Program-made: the position numbers and the translations under genes | Part shown: positions 18,140 to 28,644 of the stretch, piece by piece | Layout of the letters: each line of letters opens with the position of its first letter | How positions within the stretch are numbered: the stretch's first letter is position 1 | DNA from: an uncultured Armatimonadetes bacterium | Lineage (GTDB): Bacteria; Armatimonadota; Hebobacteria; Hebobacterales; Hebobacteraceae | Length of the DNA: 64,000 nt | NCBI GenBank assembly: GCA_963716175.1 | Contig: OY970296.1 | Coordinates: forward strand, 1,440,001-1,504,000 | Reading direction: 5' to 3' | The notes under the pieces: generated by a model | Database searches by the model: none | Told to the model about the DNA's origin: nothing | Seen by the model: the letters and a program-made list of their open reading frames with translations, nothing else

Positions 18140-19384
18140 TCAGGGCAAGATCACACTCACATCGACATCGCGAATGCCACACTCCGCAAGTGCCTTGCTC
18201 AGAATGGCATTGGCAACCGCGAAGCCAACCGGTACCACTCCATCGGAGTAGAACTCATTAGTCATAGTCACTCCGCCGTAGTCCTCGTGCTTGACGAGCT
18301 TGATGCTGTTTGGCGTCTGCTGGTAGCTCTCCTTGTGAGTCCATCCCCCGCGCTCTCCGACCCTCGCCCTATCTGGGACATGCCTGAGAACGGCGTCGAT
18401 CAGACGCAGCCTGATGTACGGGCAGTATCGAACCTTGTGAAGGTGCACATTCAACTCGTGGGTCATACGCTCTTTGTCGAACCAGAACACGTCATTGCTG
18501 AGGAACCTCCCATACGAGAACCACTCAGCCCACTGTGTCCATTCCATCGACAGCTGCTTGCATCCCCAGAGATTTGGACGCTTCTCTTCTGCACCGAAGC
18601 AGTACTCGACGGGCCTGTATGCTGCGCTCCTTTGCTCCAGGCACCAGAGAAAACCGAATACCTCATCCCAGGGATGTTCCTGCCCATCCACGTAGACCTT
18701 ACGATTGCGCATGCCCTTCAGGCACCTGACTAGCGGCAAGCTGTCGCCGACGTTCCCAGAGGGCCATCCTGCCAGGTACCACCGCTTCTTCTCCCTGAGA
18801 ATCTCCTGGAAAACAGGAGAGGCCTGCGCCTCCACAAGGCCCGCAGCGAAAGAGGCTGCTGTGCTCTCAGGGAACTCGATCGCAACACCAGTGGATGGGT
18901 ACTCAAATGCAAGACTAGTCGGCGCGGCGCTCGCTACTGCTTCGAGTGCTGCTCCGCAGCCCGCGCAGAACTTCGCACCGGGCTGGGCCTGCGCTCCGCA
19001 CTCGGGGCAGGCAACCCCGGCCTGCGCTCTGGCGCGGCTAGCGGCCTCTGCGGTCATTCGATCAATCTGCTCCTGTGTGGCACCGATCTCCCGCGCGAAC
19101 GCGACAATCGCACTTCTCTCGGCGTCCTGCACGCCACCATCTGCGAGTGCCAGGAAGATCATGTCCTCAAGGTTGCCGATCTGTTGGGAATAGCGCCCCC
19201 TTGGGTGCGGCTGGAAAGCCGCATCGCTTGCCCGCGTCCGGGCGGTCTGGAGATCCTTCTTCTTCGCTCCGATCTCCGCAGCTATGCTCGCCAGAGCCGA
19301 TTCCTCTGCAGGGGTGAGGAGTCCGTCAGCTCTGGCAACGAAGATGGTGTTCGCAAGATACTGGGCAACATCATCTGGCTGCAT
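18140..19384 (-). CDS. TerB-like domain plus zinc-ribbon protein with an uncharacterised C-terminal domain
   Basis: 'VARADGLLTPAEE', 'LALADGGVQDAER..FAREIG'; 'CPECG..AKFCAGCG'. Confidence 0.8.
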   Translation of the reverse strand: MQPDDVAQYLANTIFVARADGLLTPAEESALASIAAEIGAKKKDLQTARTRASDAAFQPHPRGRYSQQIGNLEDMIFLALADGGVQDAERSAIVAFAREIGATQEQIDRMTAEAASRARAQAGVACPECGAQAQPGAKFCAGCGAALEAVASAAPTSLAFEYPSTGVAIEFPESTAASFAAGLVEAQASPVFQEILREKKRWYLAGWPSGNVGDSLPLVRCLKGMRNRKVYVDGQEHPWDEVFGFLWCLEQRSAAYRPVEYCFGAEEKRPNLWGCKQLSMEWTQWAEWFSYGRFLSNDVFWFDKERMTHELNVHLHKVRYCPYIRLRLIDAVLRHVPDRARVGERGGWTHKESYQQTPNSIKLVKHEDYGGVTMTNEFYSDGVVPVGFAVANAILSKALAECGIRDVDVSVILP

Positions 19385-19536
19385 CGCGCACTCCTTCCCA
19401 CCATGTGAGCAATGACGTGATATAGAAGGCGTAGCAGACATTCATCGCGGCGGGAGATCCCCCTTTGCTCGTTGGACAGGAGCTCGCTCCTGTCAAGTCC
19501 TCATCGATCTGGGCAACCTGCGGATGCTCGCCTTTC

Positions 19537-21888
19537 CTATATCGGCAGCTCAAAGGCCCGCGCTATGTACACAGCCATCTGGTCGCGGGTGACGGGGTCG
19601 GCGGGATGGTAGAGGCCGTCGAGGTAACCCTGCACTACCGCGTGGTCCACGCAGGCCTTGATAGCGGTGCCGGCCCAGAAGCCGGCGGGGACATCGGGGA
19701 AGACCTGAGGGGCGGTGGTCATGTCATCACCCAGATTCACCCACCCTTTGGCGCGGGCGATGAACACCGCCATCTGGCCGCGATCTACCACCACATCGGG
19801 TTGATAGTGGGTGGCGTCGTAGCCTTGCACCACGCCCTGGGCCACCGCATACTCGATGTACTTGTAGGCCCAGTTGCCAATGGGCACGTCATCGGGGAAG
19901 TCCGGGTTGGCTGGACCACTGGGCACATTCTCATCACCACCCGCCAGGGCGCGGGAGATATAGACCGCCATCTGGTCGCGGGTGACAGAAGCAGCGGGCT
20001 GGTAGGTGCCATCGGTGTAGCCTGCGACGATCCCGGCCGCGAAGCAGGCCTCGATCTGCTGGTAGGCCCAGTAGCCGGGAGTCACATCCGCAAAGGTGAG
20101 ACGAATGAGATGAACCATCTGGCCGTTCTCCGTGTCGGCCACCCAGCAGGAGCCGTCAGTCGGGTTCACGGAGACGGACTCAGGCCAGTGGAAGCCTCCT
20201 CCCCGCCAAAGCTCGGCGCCGTCTGCGCCCAGATGCACCACCTCACTGCCTAGATAGTCGGCCACCCAGCAGGAGCCATCGGTGGGGTTCACCGAGACGG
20301 ACTCCGGCGACTCGAAACCTCCTGCGCGCGAGAGTTCGGCGCCATCCGGTCCCAGGTGCACCACCTGGCTGTTCCCAGTGTCGGCCACCCAGCAGGAGCC
20401 ATCGCTCGGGTTCACGGAGAGCTCGGAGGGGGCGCTGAGGCTCCCTCCGCGCCAGAGTTCGGCGCCGTCCGGTCCCAGGTGCACCACCTGGTTGTTCCCG
20501 TAGTCGGTCACCCAGCAGGAGCTATCGCTCGGGTTCACGCAGACCGACCAGGGCCGCTGGAAGCTTCCTCCGCGCCAGAGTTCGGCGCCATTCGGTCCCA
20601 GGTGGACCACCTGGTCGTTGGCGCTGTCGGCCACCCAGCAGGAGCCGTCGCTGGGGTTCGCGGAGACGCAGGAGGGCGTGTTGAAGCCTCCTCCACGCGA
20701 GAGTTCGGCGCCATTGGCCCCCAGGTGGACCACCTCATTGCTAAAATACTCGGCCACCCAGCAGGAGCCGTCGCTGGGATTCACAGACACTGAGCGAGGT
20801 GTGTTGAAGTCCTTCCCCCGCCAGAGCTGGGATCCGTCGGGCCCCAGGTGGGCCACCTGGTCGTCCATAGTGGCGGCCGCCCAGCAGGAGCCGTCGCTGG
20901 AGTTGACAGAGACGGACCAGGGGTCCTTGGAGTCTCCTCCTCGCGACAGCTCGGCGCCATCGGATCCGAGGTGCACCACCTGGTTGTTGACGGTGTCGGC
21001 CACCCAGCAGGAGCCATCGCTGGAGTTCACGCACACAGAGCGGGGCTGCTTGACGCTCCCCCCTCGCCAGAGCTCAGCCCCACCGGCCCCCAGGTGCACC
21101 ACCTGGCTGTTGCCGCTGTCGGCCACCCAGCAGGAGCCATCGCTGGGGTTCACGGAGACCGACTCAGGTAGGTAGAAGCCTCCTCCACGCGAGAGTTCCG
21201 CCCCGTCGGCCCTCAGGTGCACCACCTCGCCGTTGCCGCTGTCGGCCACCCAGCAGGAACCATCGCTGGGGTTCGCGGAGACGGAGGCGGGCGCACCGAA
21301 GTTCCCTCCTCTCCACAACTGGCCGCCACTGGCCGCCAAGTGCACCACCTGGTAGTTCCCGATGTCGGCCACCCAGCAGGAACCATCGCTGGGGTTCACG
21401 GAGACGGAGTGGGGCGCGTTGAAGCCTCCTCCTCGCCAGAGCTGGGTGCCGTCTGCGCTCAGATGCACTACCTGGTTGTTGCCCCAGTCGGCCACCCAGC
21501 AGGAGCCATCACCGGGGTTGACGGAGACGGAGTGGGGCGAGAAGAAACCACCTCCCCGCCAGAGGGCGAATCCGTTAGCTGCCAGGTGCACCACCTGGTT
21601 GTTCACGGTGTCGGCCACCCAGCAGGAGCCGTCGCTGGAGTTCACGGAGACGAACTGGGGCAACCAGAACTCGTTGGTCTGGCTGAGCGTGGCGCCGTCG
21701 CTGGCCAGGTGCATCACACTGCTTCCCGTCGCTGCCCAGACACTGCCGTCCGCCGGGTTGACCGAGACCGACATGGCCCTGCCGAACGGGCTGCGCCAGG
21801 CCTCGCCGATGGCCTCGGCCGCAGCGCCAGGACGAGCCAGAAGACAGAGGAACGCAGGGAATGCAACAGCCACGACGCGCGCCTTCAT
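19537..21888 (-). CDS. Secreted NHL-like beta-propeller repeat protein with SLH domains
   Basis: Signal peptide; 14 x 41-aa repeats 'PxSVSVNPSDGSCWVADxxNxQVVHL'; three SLH motifs (VTRDQMAVY). Confidence 0.9.
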   Translation of the reverse strand: MKARVVAVAFPAFLCLLARPGAAAEAIGEAWRSPFGRAMSVSVNPADGSVWAATGSSVMHLASDGATLSQTNEFWLPQFVSVNSSDGSCWVADTVNNQVVHLAANGFALWRGGGFFSPHSVSVNPGDGSCWVADWGNNQVVHLSADGTQLWRGGGFNAPHSVSVNPSDGSCWVADIGNYQVVHLAASGGQLWRGGNFGAPASVSANPSDGSCWVADSGNGEVVHLRADGAELSRGGGFYLPESVSVNPSDGSCWVADSGNSQVVHLGAGGAELWRGGSVKQPRSVCVNSSDGSCWVADTVNNQVVHLGSDGAELSRGGDSKDPWSVSVNSSDGSCWAAATMDDQVAHLGPDGSQLWRGKDFNTPRSVSVNPSDGSCWVAEYFSNEVVHLGANGAELSRGGGFNTPSCVSANPSDGSCWVADSANDQVVHLGPNGAELWRGGSFQRPWSVCVNPSDSSCWVTDYGNNQVVHLGPDGAELWRGGSLSAPSELSVNPSDGSCWVADTGNSQVVHLGPDGAELSRAGGFESPESVSVNPTDGSCWVADYLGSEVVHLGADGAELWRGGGFHWPESVSVNPTDGSCWVADTENGQMVHLIRLTFADVTPGYWAYQQIEACFAAGIVAGYTDGTYQPAASVTRDQMAVYISRALAGGDENVPSGPANPDFPDDVPIGNWAYKYIEYAVAQGVVQGYDATHYQPDVVVDRGQMAVFIARAKGWVNLGDDMTTAPQVFPDVPAGFWAGTAIKACVDHAVVQGYLDGLYHPADPVTRDQMAVYIARAFELPI

Positions 21889-22171
21889 CGGACCAGGCCT
21901 CCGAGACAGTGCTCACGGCAGGCTTCCAGCCCTGCCTCATCGGGGTAGCACAATGGGTGAGCGGAACACGTAGACACTGGCTTCGGCGAGGCCGGAGAGA
22001 AGACCTGCCCACGCGCGATCTCACGAGGCCTCGACGCGCGCACCTTGTCTCAGGAGCCCAATCGCGCCCAGAGACAGCCCCGTGCCGGGGCAGCGGTGGG
22101 GGCACCCGACCTGGGGCCGAAACTGCAAGAACGTGGATGGGGTGCCGCGCCTCAATGCTAGGATGTCTTCG

Positions 22172-23359
22172 CTACGGCACATACCTAAGCATGAACGCCA
22201 TCCAGCGCGACCGCCTCCCCAGCATGTCATCGCCGGGGTCCCCACCCGCTCCATAGACCCATCCGTGCTTCTCATCTGCAAACACGACCCGATCCAAGCG
22301 ACTGGAATAGAGGGTCTCCGTTCCCGTCAGCTCACGGCGCCAGGTCTTGCCGCGGTCCGCGGTGTGCCACACTAACGCTTCGTCGCGCCACCCCCTGTCG
22401 TAGAACAGGGTGTACCCGACGACCCATCCCGACTTGGGGGTTGGGAAGGAGCAATCCTGCAGATGCACCTGCATCTGCAGGCCCGGCGGCAGCCTCGTCC
22501 TGCGGGTGCCCTTCTTCCCGGTGGGCACAGGGGAGGGAGGAGTGACCCGCTCCCAAGTCTTCCCCCCATCCGCGGTGTGAAGCAGGGAAGCCGACCACAG
22601 CGTCACCCACCCCTCCCGGCGATTCCGGAACTCCAGTCGGCATTCTCCGGCGGACCCTCCGGGAGCTATGGTGCTCACTGCGAAACTCTTTCCCCCGTTA
22701 GTTGTTCTCAGGAGGAAAACAGGTCGGGCCTCGGCGGCCGCCGGACGGTCCCTCACGACCCGTTCGGCGGCGACAATCCAGCCGTGAGTCTTGTCCACGA
22801 AACGGATCGCCTCCAGGTTCACACCTTGCCGGCTAACCGGATAGCTCACCTCGCTCCAGGTCACCCCGCCATCGATAGTGTGATACAGGCGGTTCCTGGG
22901 AAACATTGGGCCGATGGCCCAGGCTTCACTGGCGGAGACGGCCGCGAGTTCCTGGAGGTCTTGTTTGGCCTTGAGGGGGCTTACCCGCCAGGAGGCTCCT
23001 CCGTCAACGGTAACAGCCGTCTTGCCGGATTGGACGGCCCACCCGACCCGTTCGTTCAGGAAGTCACAACATCCGAGGAAGTCATTGCGCGAGGGAGCGT
23101 ATTGGTCGGTCCAGGTGGAGCCTCCGTCGCTGGTGCGCATCAGAGGTTGAGCCGATTGGCCCAGCCACCCCCGCCTCGCGTCAGTGAAATCCATGTCGCT
23201 GAACGTGCCCGCGTAACCGCGCGCGCCTGGGTCTTTGACCCAGATTCGCTCCCAGTGCGGGGCCTGACAGAAGGAACCCGGGTGTGGGCCAAAGACCGCG
23301 CCGTAGCCCACGAGCAGGGCTATCCCACCCAGCAGCAAGACGACCCCAAGCTCTCGCAT
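22172..23359 (-). CDS. YCF48/BNR (Asp-box) beta-propeller protein
   Basis: N-terminal hydrophobic anchor; repeated 'T.DGG.TW' Asp-boxes. Confidence 0.8.
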   Translation of the reverse strand: MRELGVVLLLGGIALLVGYGAVFGPHPGSFCQAPHWERIWVKDPGARGYAGTFSDMDFTDARRGWLGQSAQPLMRTSDGGSTWTDQYAPSRNDFLGCCDFLNERVGWAVQSGKTAVTVDGGASWRVSPLKAKQDLQELAAVSASEAWAIGPMFPRNRLYHTIDGGVTWSEVSYPVSRQGVNLEAIRFVDKTHGWIVAAERVVRDRPAAAEARPVFLLRTTNGGKSFAVSTIAPGGSAGECRLEFRNRREGWVTLWSASLLHTADGGKTWERVTPPSPVPTGKKGTRRTRLPPGLQMQVHLQDCSFPTPKSGWVVGYTLFYDRGWRDEALVWHTADRGKTWRRELTGTETLYSSRLDRVVFADEKHGWVYGAGGDPGDDMLGRRSRWMAFMLRYVP

Positions 23360-23645
23360 TCCCCAGACCTCCCGGCGCTGCCCAGGAACTCGTCCGACCC
23401 CAGGATGCTCGTGGAGCGCCACCCGTAGCCTTCTCCCTCTTCGTGGTTCCCCCTGTGCTGAGACGCACCGAGGATGGGGAATGCTGCCCCACGAGGAGTG
23501 GAGGCACTGGGAGTTGAAGCCACCTCCGATGGGCGCACTGGTCGCACGCTCCGCGGGCACCTGTTCCCCCTTAGCCGGTAGACCCGTACGTGCCGTTATC
23601 GGCCCACTGCACATGCGCCGTGCTGCAGGCCCGCGCTGACGGGCT

Positions 23646-25499
23646 TCACATCGGTAACTCAAACGCCCTCGCCACATACACCGCCATCTGGTCCCGGGTG
23701 ACGGGGTCGCTGGGGTGGTAGAGGCCATCCAGGTAGCCCTGCACCACTGCGTTGTCTACACAGGCCTTGACCGCGGTGCCGGCCCAGAACCCGGCCGGGA
23801 CATCGGGGAAGACCTGAGGGGCGGTGGTCATGTCATCCCCCAGGTTCACCCATCCCTGGGAGCGAGCGACGAACACCGCCATCTGACCCCGGTCCACCAC
23901 CGCATCAGGGACATAGTGGGTGGGGTCGTAGCCCTGGACCACGTTCCTGGAGACCGCGTACTCGATCTGTTTGTAGGCCCAGTGGGTGCTGGACACATCA
24001 GAGAAGGTGGGTGGCGGCACAGGATCAGGGATGGCCGCATCGCCGGAGGGGATTACCAGGGCGCGGGCGACGTAGACCGCCATCTGGTCGCGGGTCACGG
24101 GCTGTGATGGCTGGTACGTGCCATCTGGATACCCCGTCACGACACCGGCATCCACACAGGCCGATATCTGGCTGAACGCCCAGTTGCTGAAGGGAACGTC
24201 GGAGAAGCCCTCCCGGTCCCGCACGAACACATCCGCGACACCGTTAGTGTCCTCGGCCACCAGGTTGGAGGCAACAGACCCGAAGGCCACGAACCGGCCC
24301 TCAGCGCTGATGACAGGCCACCACGAGCCCCCGTTCCCCTGCTCTCCGGCGCTGCTCACGCTCACCCGCTCCGTGGCCCCGGTCGCCCGGTCGTGCACGA
24401 AGACATCCGCGTCTCCGTTGGTGTCCCCGGCCACCAGGTTGGAGGCATAGGAATCGAAGGCCACGAACCGGCCGTCAGCGCTGATGGCAGGGTACTGCGA
24501 TTCCCCGTTCCCCTGTTCTCCGGCACTGCTCACGCTCACCCGCTCCGTGGCCCCGGTCGCCCGGTCGTGCACGAAGACATCCGCGTCTCCGTTGGTGTCC
24601 CCGGCCACCAGGTTGGAGGCATAGGAATCGAAGGCCACGAACCGGCCGTTAGCGCTGATGGCAGGGTTGATAGAGCCCCAGTTCCCCTGCTCTCCGGCGC
24701 TGCTGACGCTCACCCGCTCGGTGACCCCGGTCACGCGGTCATGCACGAACACATCCGGGACACCGTTGGTGTCCCCGGCCACCAGGTTGGAGGCATAGGA
24801 GTAGAAGGCTACGAACGAGCCGTCAGCGCTGATGACACGCCACCACGAGTCCCCGTTCCCCTGCTCTCCGGCGCTGCTCACGCTCACCCGCTCCGTGGCC
24901 CCGGTCACGCGATCATGCACAAACACATCCCGCCATCCGTTGGTGTCCCCGGCCACCAGGTTGGAGGCATAGGACTCGAAGGCCACGAACCGGCCGTCAG
25001 CGCTGATCGCAGGGTACATAGAGCCCTCGTTCCCCTGCTCTCCGGCGCTGCTCACGCTCACTCGCTCCGTGGCCCCGGTCGCCCGGTCACGGACGAAGAC
25101 ATCCGTGCCTGCGTTGGTGTCCCCGGCCACCAGGTTGGAGGCATAGGAGTAGAAGGCCACGAACCGGCCGTCAGCGCTGATGCCAGGCGACCACGAGTCC
25201 CCGTTCCCCTGCTCTCCGGCGCTGCTCACGCTCACCCGCTCGGTGGCGCCGGTGGCCCGGTTGTGCACGAAGACATCCCGGCATGCGTTGGTGTCCCCGG
25301 CCACGAGGTTGGAGGCAACAGACTGGAAGGCCACGAATCGTCCGTCAGCGCTGATGGCAGTGTACCCAGAGTCTGCGTTCCCCTGCTCTCCGGCGCTGCT
25401 TACGCTTACCCGCTCCGTGGTGCCGGCGGGGGCGGGGGCAGACGCGGAGAGGAGGTACGAGAGAAGGGGGATCGCCGCGAGCCAACAGCGCATTCGCAT
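23646..25499 (-). CDS. Secreted TolB-like beta-propeller repeat protein with SLH domains
   Basis: Signal peptide; 7 x 58-aa repeats 'TERVSVSSAGEQGN..S..P.ISADGRFVAF.S.ASNLVAGDTN..DVFVHDR'; three SLH motifs. Confidence 0.9.
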   Translation of the reverse strand: MRMRCWLAAIPLLSYLLSASAPAPAGTTERVSVSSAGEQGNADSGYTAISADGRFVAFQSVASNLVAGDTNACRDVFVHNRATGATERVSVSSAGEQGNGDSWSPGISADGRFVAFYSYASNLVAGDTNAGTDVFVRDRATGATERVSVSSAGEQGNEGSMYPAISADGRFVAFESYASNLVAGDTNGWRDVFVHDRVTGATERVSVSSAGEQGNGDSWWRVISADGSFVAFYSYASNLVAGDTNGVPDVFVHDRVTGVTERVSVSSAGEQGNWGSINPAISANGRFVAFDSYASNLVAGDTNGDADVFVHDRATGATERVSVSSAGEQGNGESQYPAISADGRFVAFDSYASNLVAGDTNGDADVFVHDRATGATERVSVSSAGEQGNGGSWWPVISAEGRFVAFGSVASNLVAEDTNGVADVFVRDREGFSDVPFSNWAFSQISACVDAGVVTGYPDGTYQPSQPVTRDQMAVYVARALVIPSGDAAIPDPVPPPTFSDVSSTHWAYKQIEYAVSRNVVQGYDPTHYVPDAVVDRGQMAVFVARSQGWVNLGDDMTTAPQVFPDVPAGFWAGTAVKACVDNAVVQGYLDGLYHPSDPVTRDQMAVYVARAFELPM

Positions 25500-25740
25500 C
25501 CTATCCGTCCTCCGAAGCGTATCTGGGCGGGCATGCCCTTCGGCTGCACTCAGGACCAACTCCGACATGCCCGCCCTACAGGAACAGGAGGGATGTGGTG
25601 GCTCAAGGGGAGAGGTGGATAAGCGTTTCGGCGAGGGCGAGGAAACACCTGTCTGCAGTCGGCTGTCGCAGGGAGGTTGGGAGAAAACGGCTCCTGCCCT
25701 ACGACCGCAGGTTGGGAACCTGCGCTACGAAAGATTGGGC

Positions 25741-26970
25741 TCAGAAATCCCAATCCGGCGCGGGCGGCGGGAGGCGGAGGGCCCAGTCGAGTTCATGCAG
25801 CAGGGCTTGCGGGCCGGAGAGGTGATCGGTGACAGCGAGGCCGGTAGCGGGGCGGATGCCGAGCCAGAGGCGGGTGAAGGCGCCGACGCTGGCGGTGAGA
25901 GTGGGCAGCGCGGGGTCGCTGCCCATTGACGCGGCTGACGCGGGGCCGAGCGTGACCAGGTACTGGCCGGCCGCGCCGCGCCAGCCCGACTGCTCGGTAA
26001 GGAAGCGCTCGATGGGATCAGTGAGGTGGAGGTTGAAGCGCAGCTCCGGGCCAGGAAGGTGGGTCTTGGCGAGGCAGGCGGGCAGGTCGCAGATGCGCAT
26101 CTGCCAATAGGCGAAGGCCTCGGTGCCGCTCTCGAACCGGGACCGCTCACGCACCTCGTGGTGCTTGAAGGGCCGGTCCAAGAGGTCCTGGAGCTGGATG
26201 CCCTGTGGCTCCCGCATTCTCACCAGGTGCACCTGGTCGCCGAAGCTCTTGATCAAAGCCATCAGCTCCAGGAATTGCTCCCGAGTGTGAAAGGCCAGCC
26301 AATTCATGCTGTAAGGGCCCTGCTCCAGCCTTTCGGGATGGCACCAGAAGTAGTGGGTGAGTTCAGCGCTGGCTCCATCGCAGTAGCCCAGGCCGAAGCC
26401 GTTTTGCTGGCGCGTCATGTCCGCGCGAGTGAAGCAGGCCGCAGAGAGATTGCAGCCGCCGTGCCCGCGCTTGCGAGCGAGCCGGCCCTGATGGACCATC
26501 TCCCAGTCGTCCGGGCCTAATCGGCGAGGCACCCGCGGCCGGGCTGATACCCTGAGCTGGCTGGGATCGAATGCCACCCAGTGCTCGTAGCCTCCGGTGC
26601 CGAACCCGAGTTGGTCGTAGAAGCCCTGGTCGAAGATGCCCAGCCCGGCAAGCGCCGCTCCCCGCCCCACCGCGTCGGCCAGGGCGGCCGCGATGAGCCG
26701 CTTGGGGAACCCCTGCTTGCGGGCGATGCGGCTGGTGCTGACCCCGCTGATGCAGATGAAGGGCAGGTCCTCCTGCAGGTATCGCACCGAGCCCGGCGCG
26801 GTCTGGATCAGGCACTCCGCCTCGCCATTCAGCTCCGCCACCAGGGCGGGGCCGGCGTCGAGCCACCAGAACATGGGGTCTTCCTTGCCCTGGGGTAACC
26901 AGCCCACCTCATGCCAGATGCGCCGGACTGCTTCGCGGTCGCGGCTGGGATCGTAGCTGCGGAAAACCAT
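25741..26970 (-). CDS. Eis-like GNAT acetyltransferase with a C-terminal SCP2-like domain
   Basis: 'ISGVSTSRIARKQG', 'FYDQLGFG', 'RICDLPACL'. Confidence 0.8.
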   Translation of the reverse strand: MVFRSYDPSRDREAVRRIWHEVGWLPQGKEDPMFWWLDAGPALVAELNGEAECLIQTAPGSVRYLQEDLPFICISGVSTSRIARKQGFPKRLIAAALADAVGRGAALAGLGIFDQGFYDQLGFGTGGYEHWVAFDPSQLRVSARPRVPRRLGPDDWEMVHQGRLARKRGHGGCNLSAACFTRADMTRQQNGFGLGYCDGASAELTHYFWCHPERLEQGPYSMNWLAFHTREQFLELMALIKSFGDQVHLVRMREPQGIQLQDLLDRPFKHHEVRERSRFESGTEAFAYWQMRICDLPACLAKTHLPGPELRFNLHLTDPIERFLTEQSGWRGAAGQYLVTLGPASAASMGSDPALPTLTASVGAFTRLWLGIRPATGLAVTDHLSGPQALLHELDWALRLPPPAPDWDF

Positions 26971-27009
26971 CTCGCGGTTTCCTTCCTTGGAGGCAGAGCG
27001 ACTGGTCGG

Positions 27010-28437
27010 CTAGATGGCAGGCGCCGCCTCGTCGGGAGTGCCGGTGGCGCTCGCCTCCGGCGCCTCCTCCCCGGGCGGCGCGATCTCCTCGGTGACCTGG
27101 GCCTGGTCCACCAGGAACCGGAGGATCTTGCGGTGGTAGACCCGGTTGGCCAGGCGGTTCATCTCGGCGGAGTCGTGCAAGCGCTCCCGGAACCGGTCCG
27201 GGTCCATGTGCTCGGCCTCTGCCAGGCGATGGATCTCGGCCTCGATCTCTTCATCTGTGACCTCGATCTTCTCCCGCTCGCCAATCTCGTCCAGGATCAG
27301 GGCGCGGCGGGCGGTCTGGCGGGCCTCCGCCTCCAGATCGGCGCGCCAGTCCTCGAAGGAGAGGCCGGCCTGGCGCAAGTGCTGTTGGAGACCGAGGCCG
27401 CGCCGCTCCAGGTCCTGGGTGATCTCGTCAATGCGGCGGTCCGTCTCCCGGTCCACGAGCGCCTGCGGGATGTCCAGGGAAGTGGACTCGGAGACCTGGC
27501 GCAGCAATTGGCTCCGGAGGTCTTCCTCGGCGATGGCGCGGCCGATGGTCTCCAGGTTCTGGCGAATGCGATCCCGCAGGGCGGCCATGGTCTCGAGGTC
27601 CGAGACCTGCCGCGCGAATTCGTCATCGAGGTCCGGGAGCTGGCGGCGGCGCACCTGCCTGACCGTGACATGAAAGCGAGCCGTCTTGCCCGCGAGGGAA
27701 GGATCGGAATGCTGCTCCGGGTAGGTGACCTCGAAGTCCCGCGCCTCCTCCGGACGGGCGCCCAGCAGCTCCTTGTTCAGCTCCGGAAAGAGCTGATCTG
27801 CGCCCACCTCCAGGGGATAGCCGGAGGCGCTGGCCTCCTCTCGCTTCTCTCCATCTACGAACATCTCGTAGTCCACGACCGCGAGGTCGCCTGGCGCGAT
27901 GCCCGACTCGGCGGGCAGCTCCGTGAAGTGCGAATGGCGACTGCGGATGCGCTCCAGCTCGGCCTCCACCTGGGAGTCGGTGACAGGAGTGATGTGGCGC
28001 GTGGCCTGGAGGCCTTTGTAGTCACCGAGGGTGATTTCGGGGCGAACGGTAAGGGTAGCCTGGAAGGTGAGCGCGCCCTCCACGGTGAGGTCGGCGTTGG
28101 CGATGCGGGCCAGGTCGAGGGCCTTGATGCCGGCCTTCTCCCGCGCCTGCTCGTAGGCGTCGGTGAGGAGAGCGTCAATGATCTGCTCCTTGAGGGCCTG
28201 CTGATCCACGTAGCGCTCGACCACGGCGCGGGGGGCCTTTCCCCGGCGGAAGCCCGGGATGTTGGCGCGGCGGGCGAACTGGGCCAGCACCTGGTCTCGC
28301 GTCCCGCGCACCGGCTCGGCCGGGACGCGCACGCTGAGCTCGACCTGCCCCCCGGGGAGGGGCTTCACTTCCACCTCCACATCGAGGTGAGGCTTATCCG
28401 GGCTGGCCAAGATACTGCTCCTTGTAGAAACGACCAC
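27010..28437 (-). CDS. tig: Trigger factor
   Basis: Signature 'IPGFRRGKAP'; FKBP domain 'GD.AVVDY..LAGKTARF.VTV'; exact start uncertain. Confidence 0.95.
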   Translation of the reverse strand: MVVSTRSSILASPDKPHLDVEVEVKPLPGGQVELSVRVPAEPVRGTRDQVLAQFARRANIPGFRRGKAPRAVVERYVDQQALKEQIIDALLTDAYEQAREKAGIKALDLARIANADLTVEGALTFQATLTVRPEITLGDYKGLQATRHITPVTDSQVEAELERIRSRHSHFTELPAESGIAPGDLAVVDYEMFVDGEKREEASASGYPLEVGADQLFPELNKELLGARPEEARDFEVTYPEQHSDPSLAGKTARFHVTVRQVRRRQLPDLDDEFARQVSDLETMAALRDRIRQNLETIGRAIAEEDLRSQLLRQVSESTSLDIPQALVDRETDRRIDEITQDLERRGLGLQQHLRQAGLSFEDWRADLEAEARQTARRALILDEIGEREKIEVTDEEIEAEIHRLAEAEHMDPDRFRERLHDSAEMNRLANRVYHRKILRFLVDQAQVTEEIAPPGEEAPEASATGTPDEAAPAI

Positions 28438-28500
28438 CTCGCCGATGGCGCCGGCGAGGTGCTGTCAAGCGGCTGGCCGTGCCTGGGTCCGCTGATCAGG

Positions 28501-28575
28501 TGGAGCGGGAGAAGGGATTTGAACCCTCGACCCTCACCTTGGCAAGGTGACGCTCTACCACTGAGCTACTCCCGC
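28501..28575 (-). tRNA. tRNA-Gly(GCC)
   Basis: GCGGGAGTAGCTCAGTGGTAGAGCGTCACCTTGCCAAGGTGAGGGTCGAGGGTTCAAATCCCTTCTCCCGCTCCA. Confidence 0.97.
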
Positions 28576-28614
28576 CTGCACAAGCTGTTGCTAGCCGCTG
28601 CCGGTGTTGACACG

Positions 28615-28644
28615 GGTGACGCGCTACCACTGAGCTACTCCCGC
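28615..28644 (-). pseudogene. Duplicated 5' 30 nt of tRNA-Gly
   Basis: GCGGGAGTAGCTCAGTGGTAGCGCGTCACC, 29/30 identical to the tRNA-Gly 5' end; no T-arm follows. Confidence 0.8.

Noticed and set aside
19537-25499. Regular 123-bp and 174-bp DNA repeats as a CRISPR array or DGR
   Set aside because: They are in-frame protein repeats in long ORFs; there are no unique spacers, cas genes or reverse transcriptase
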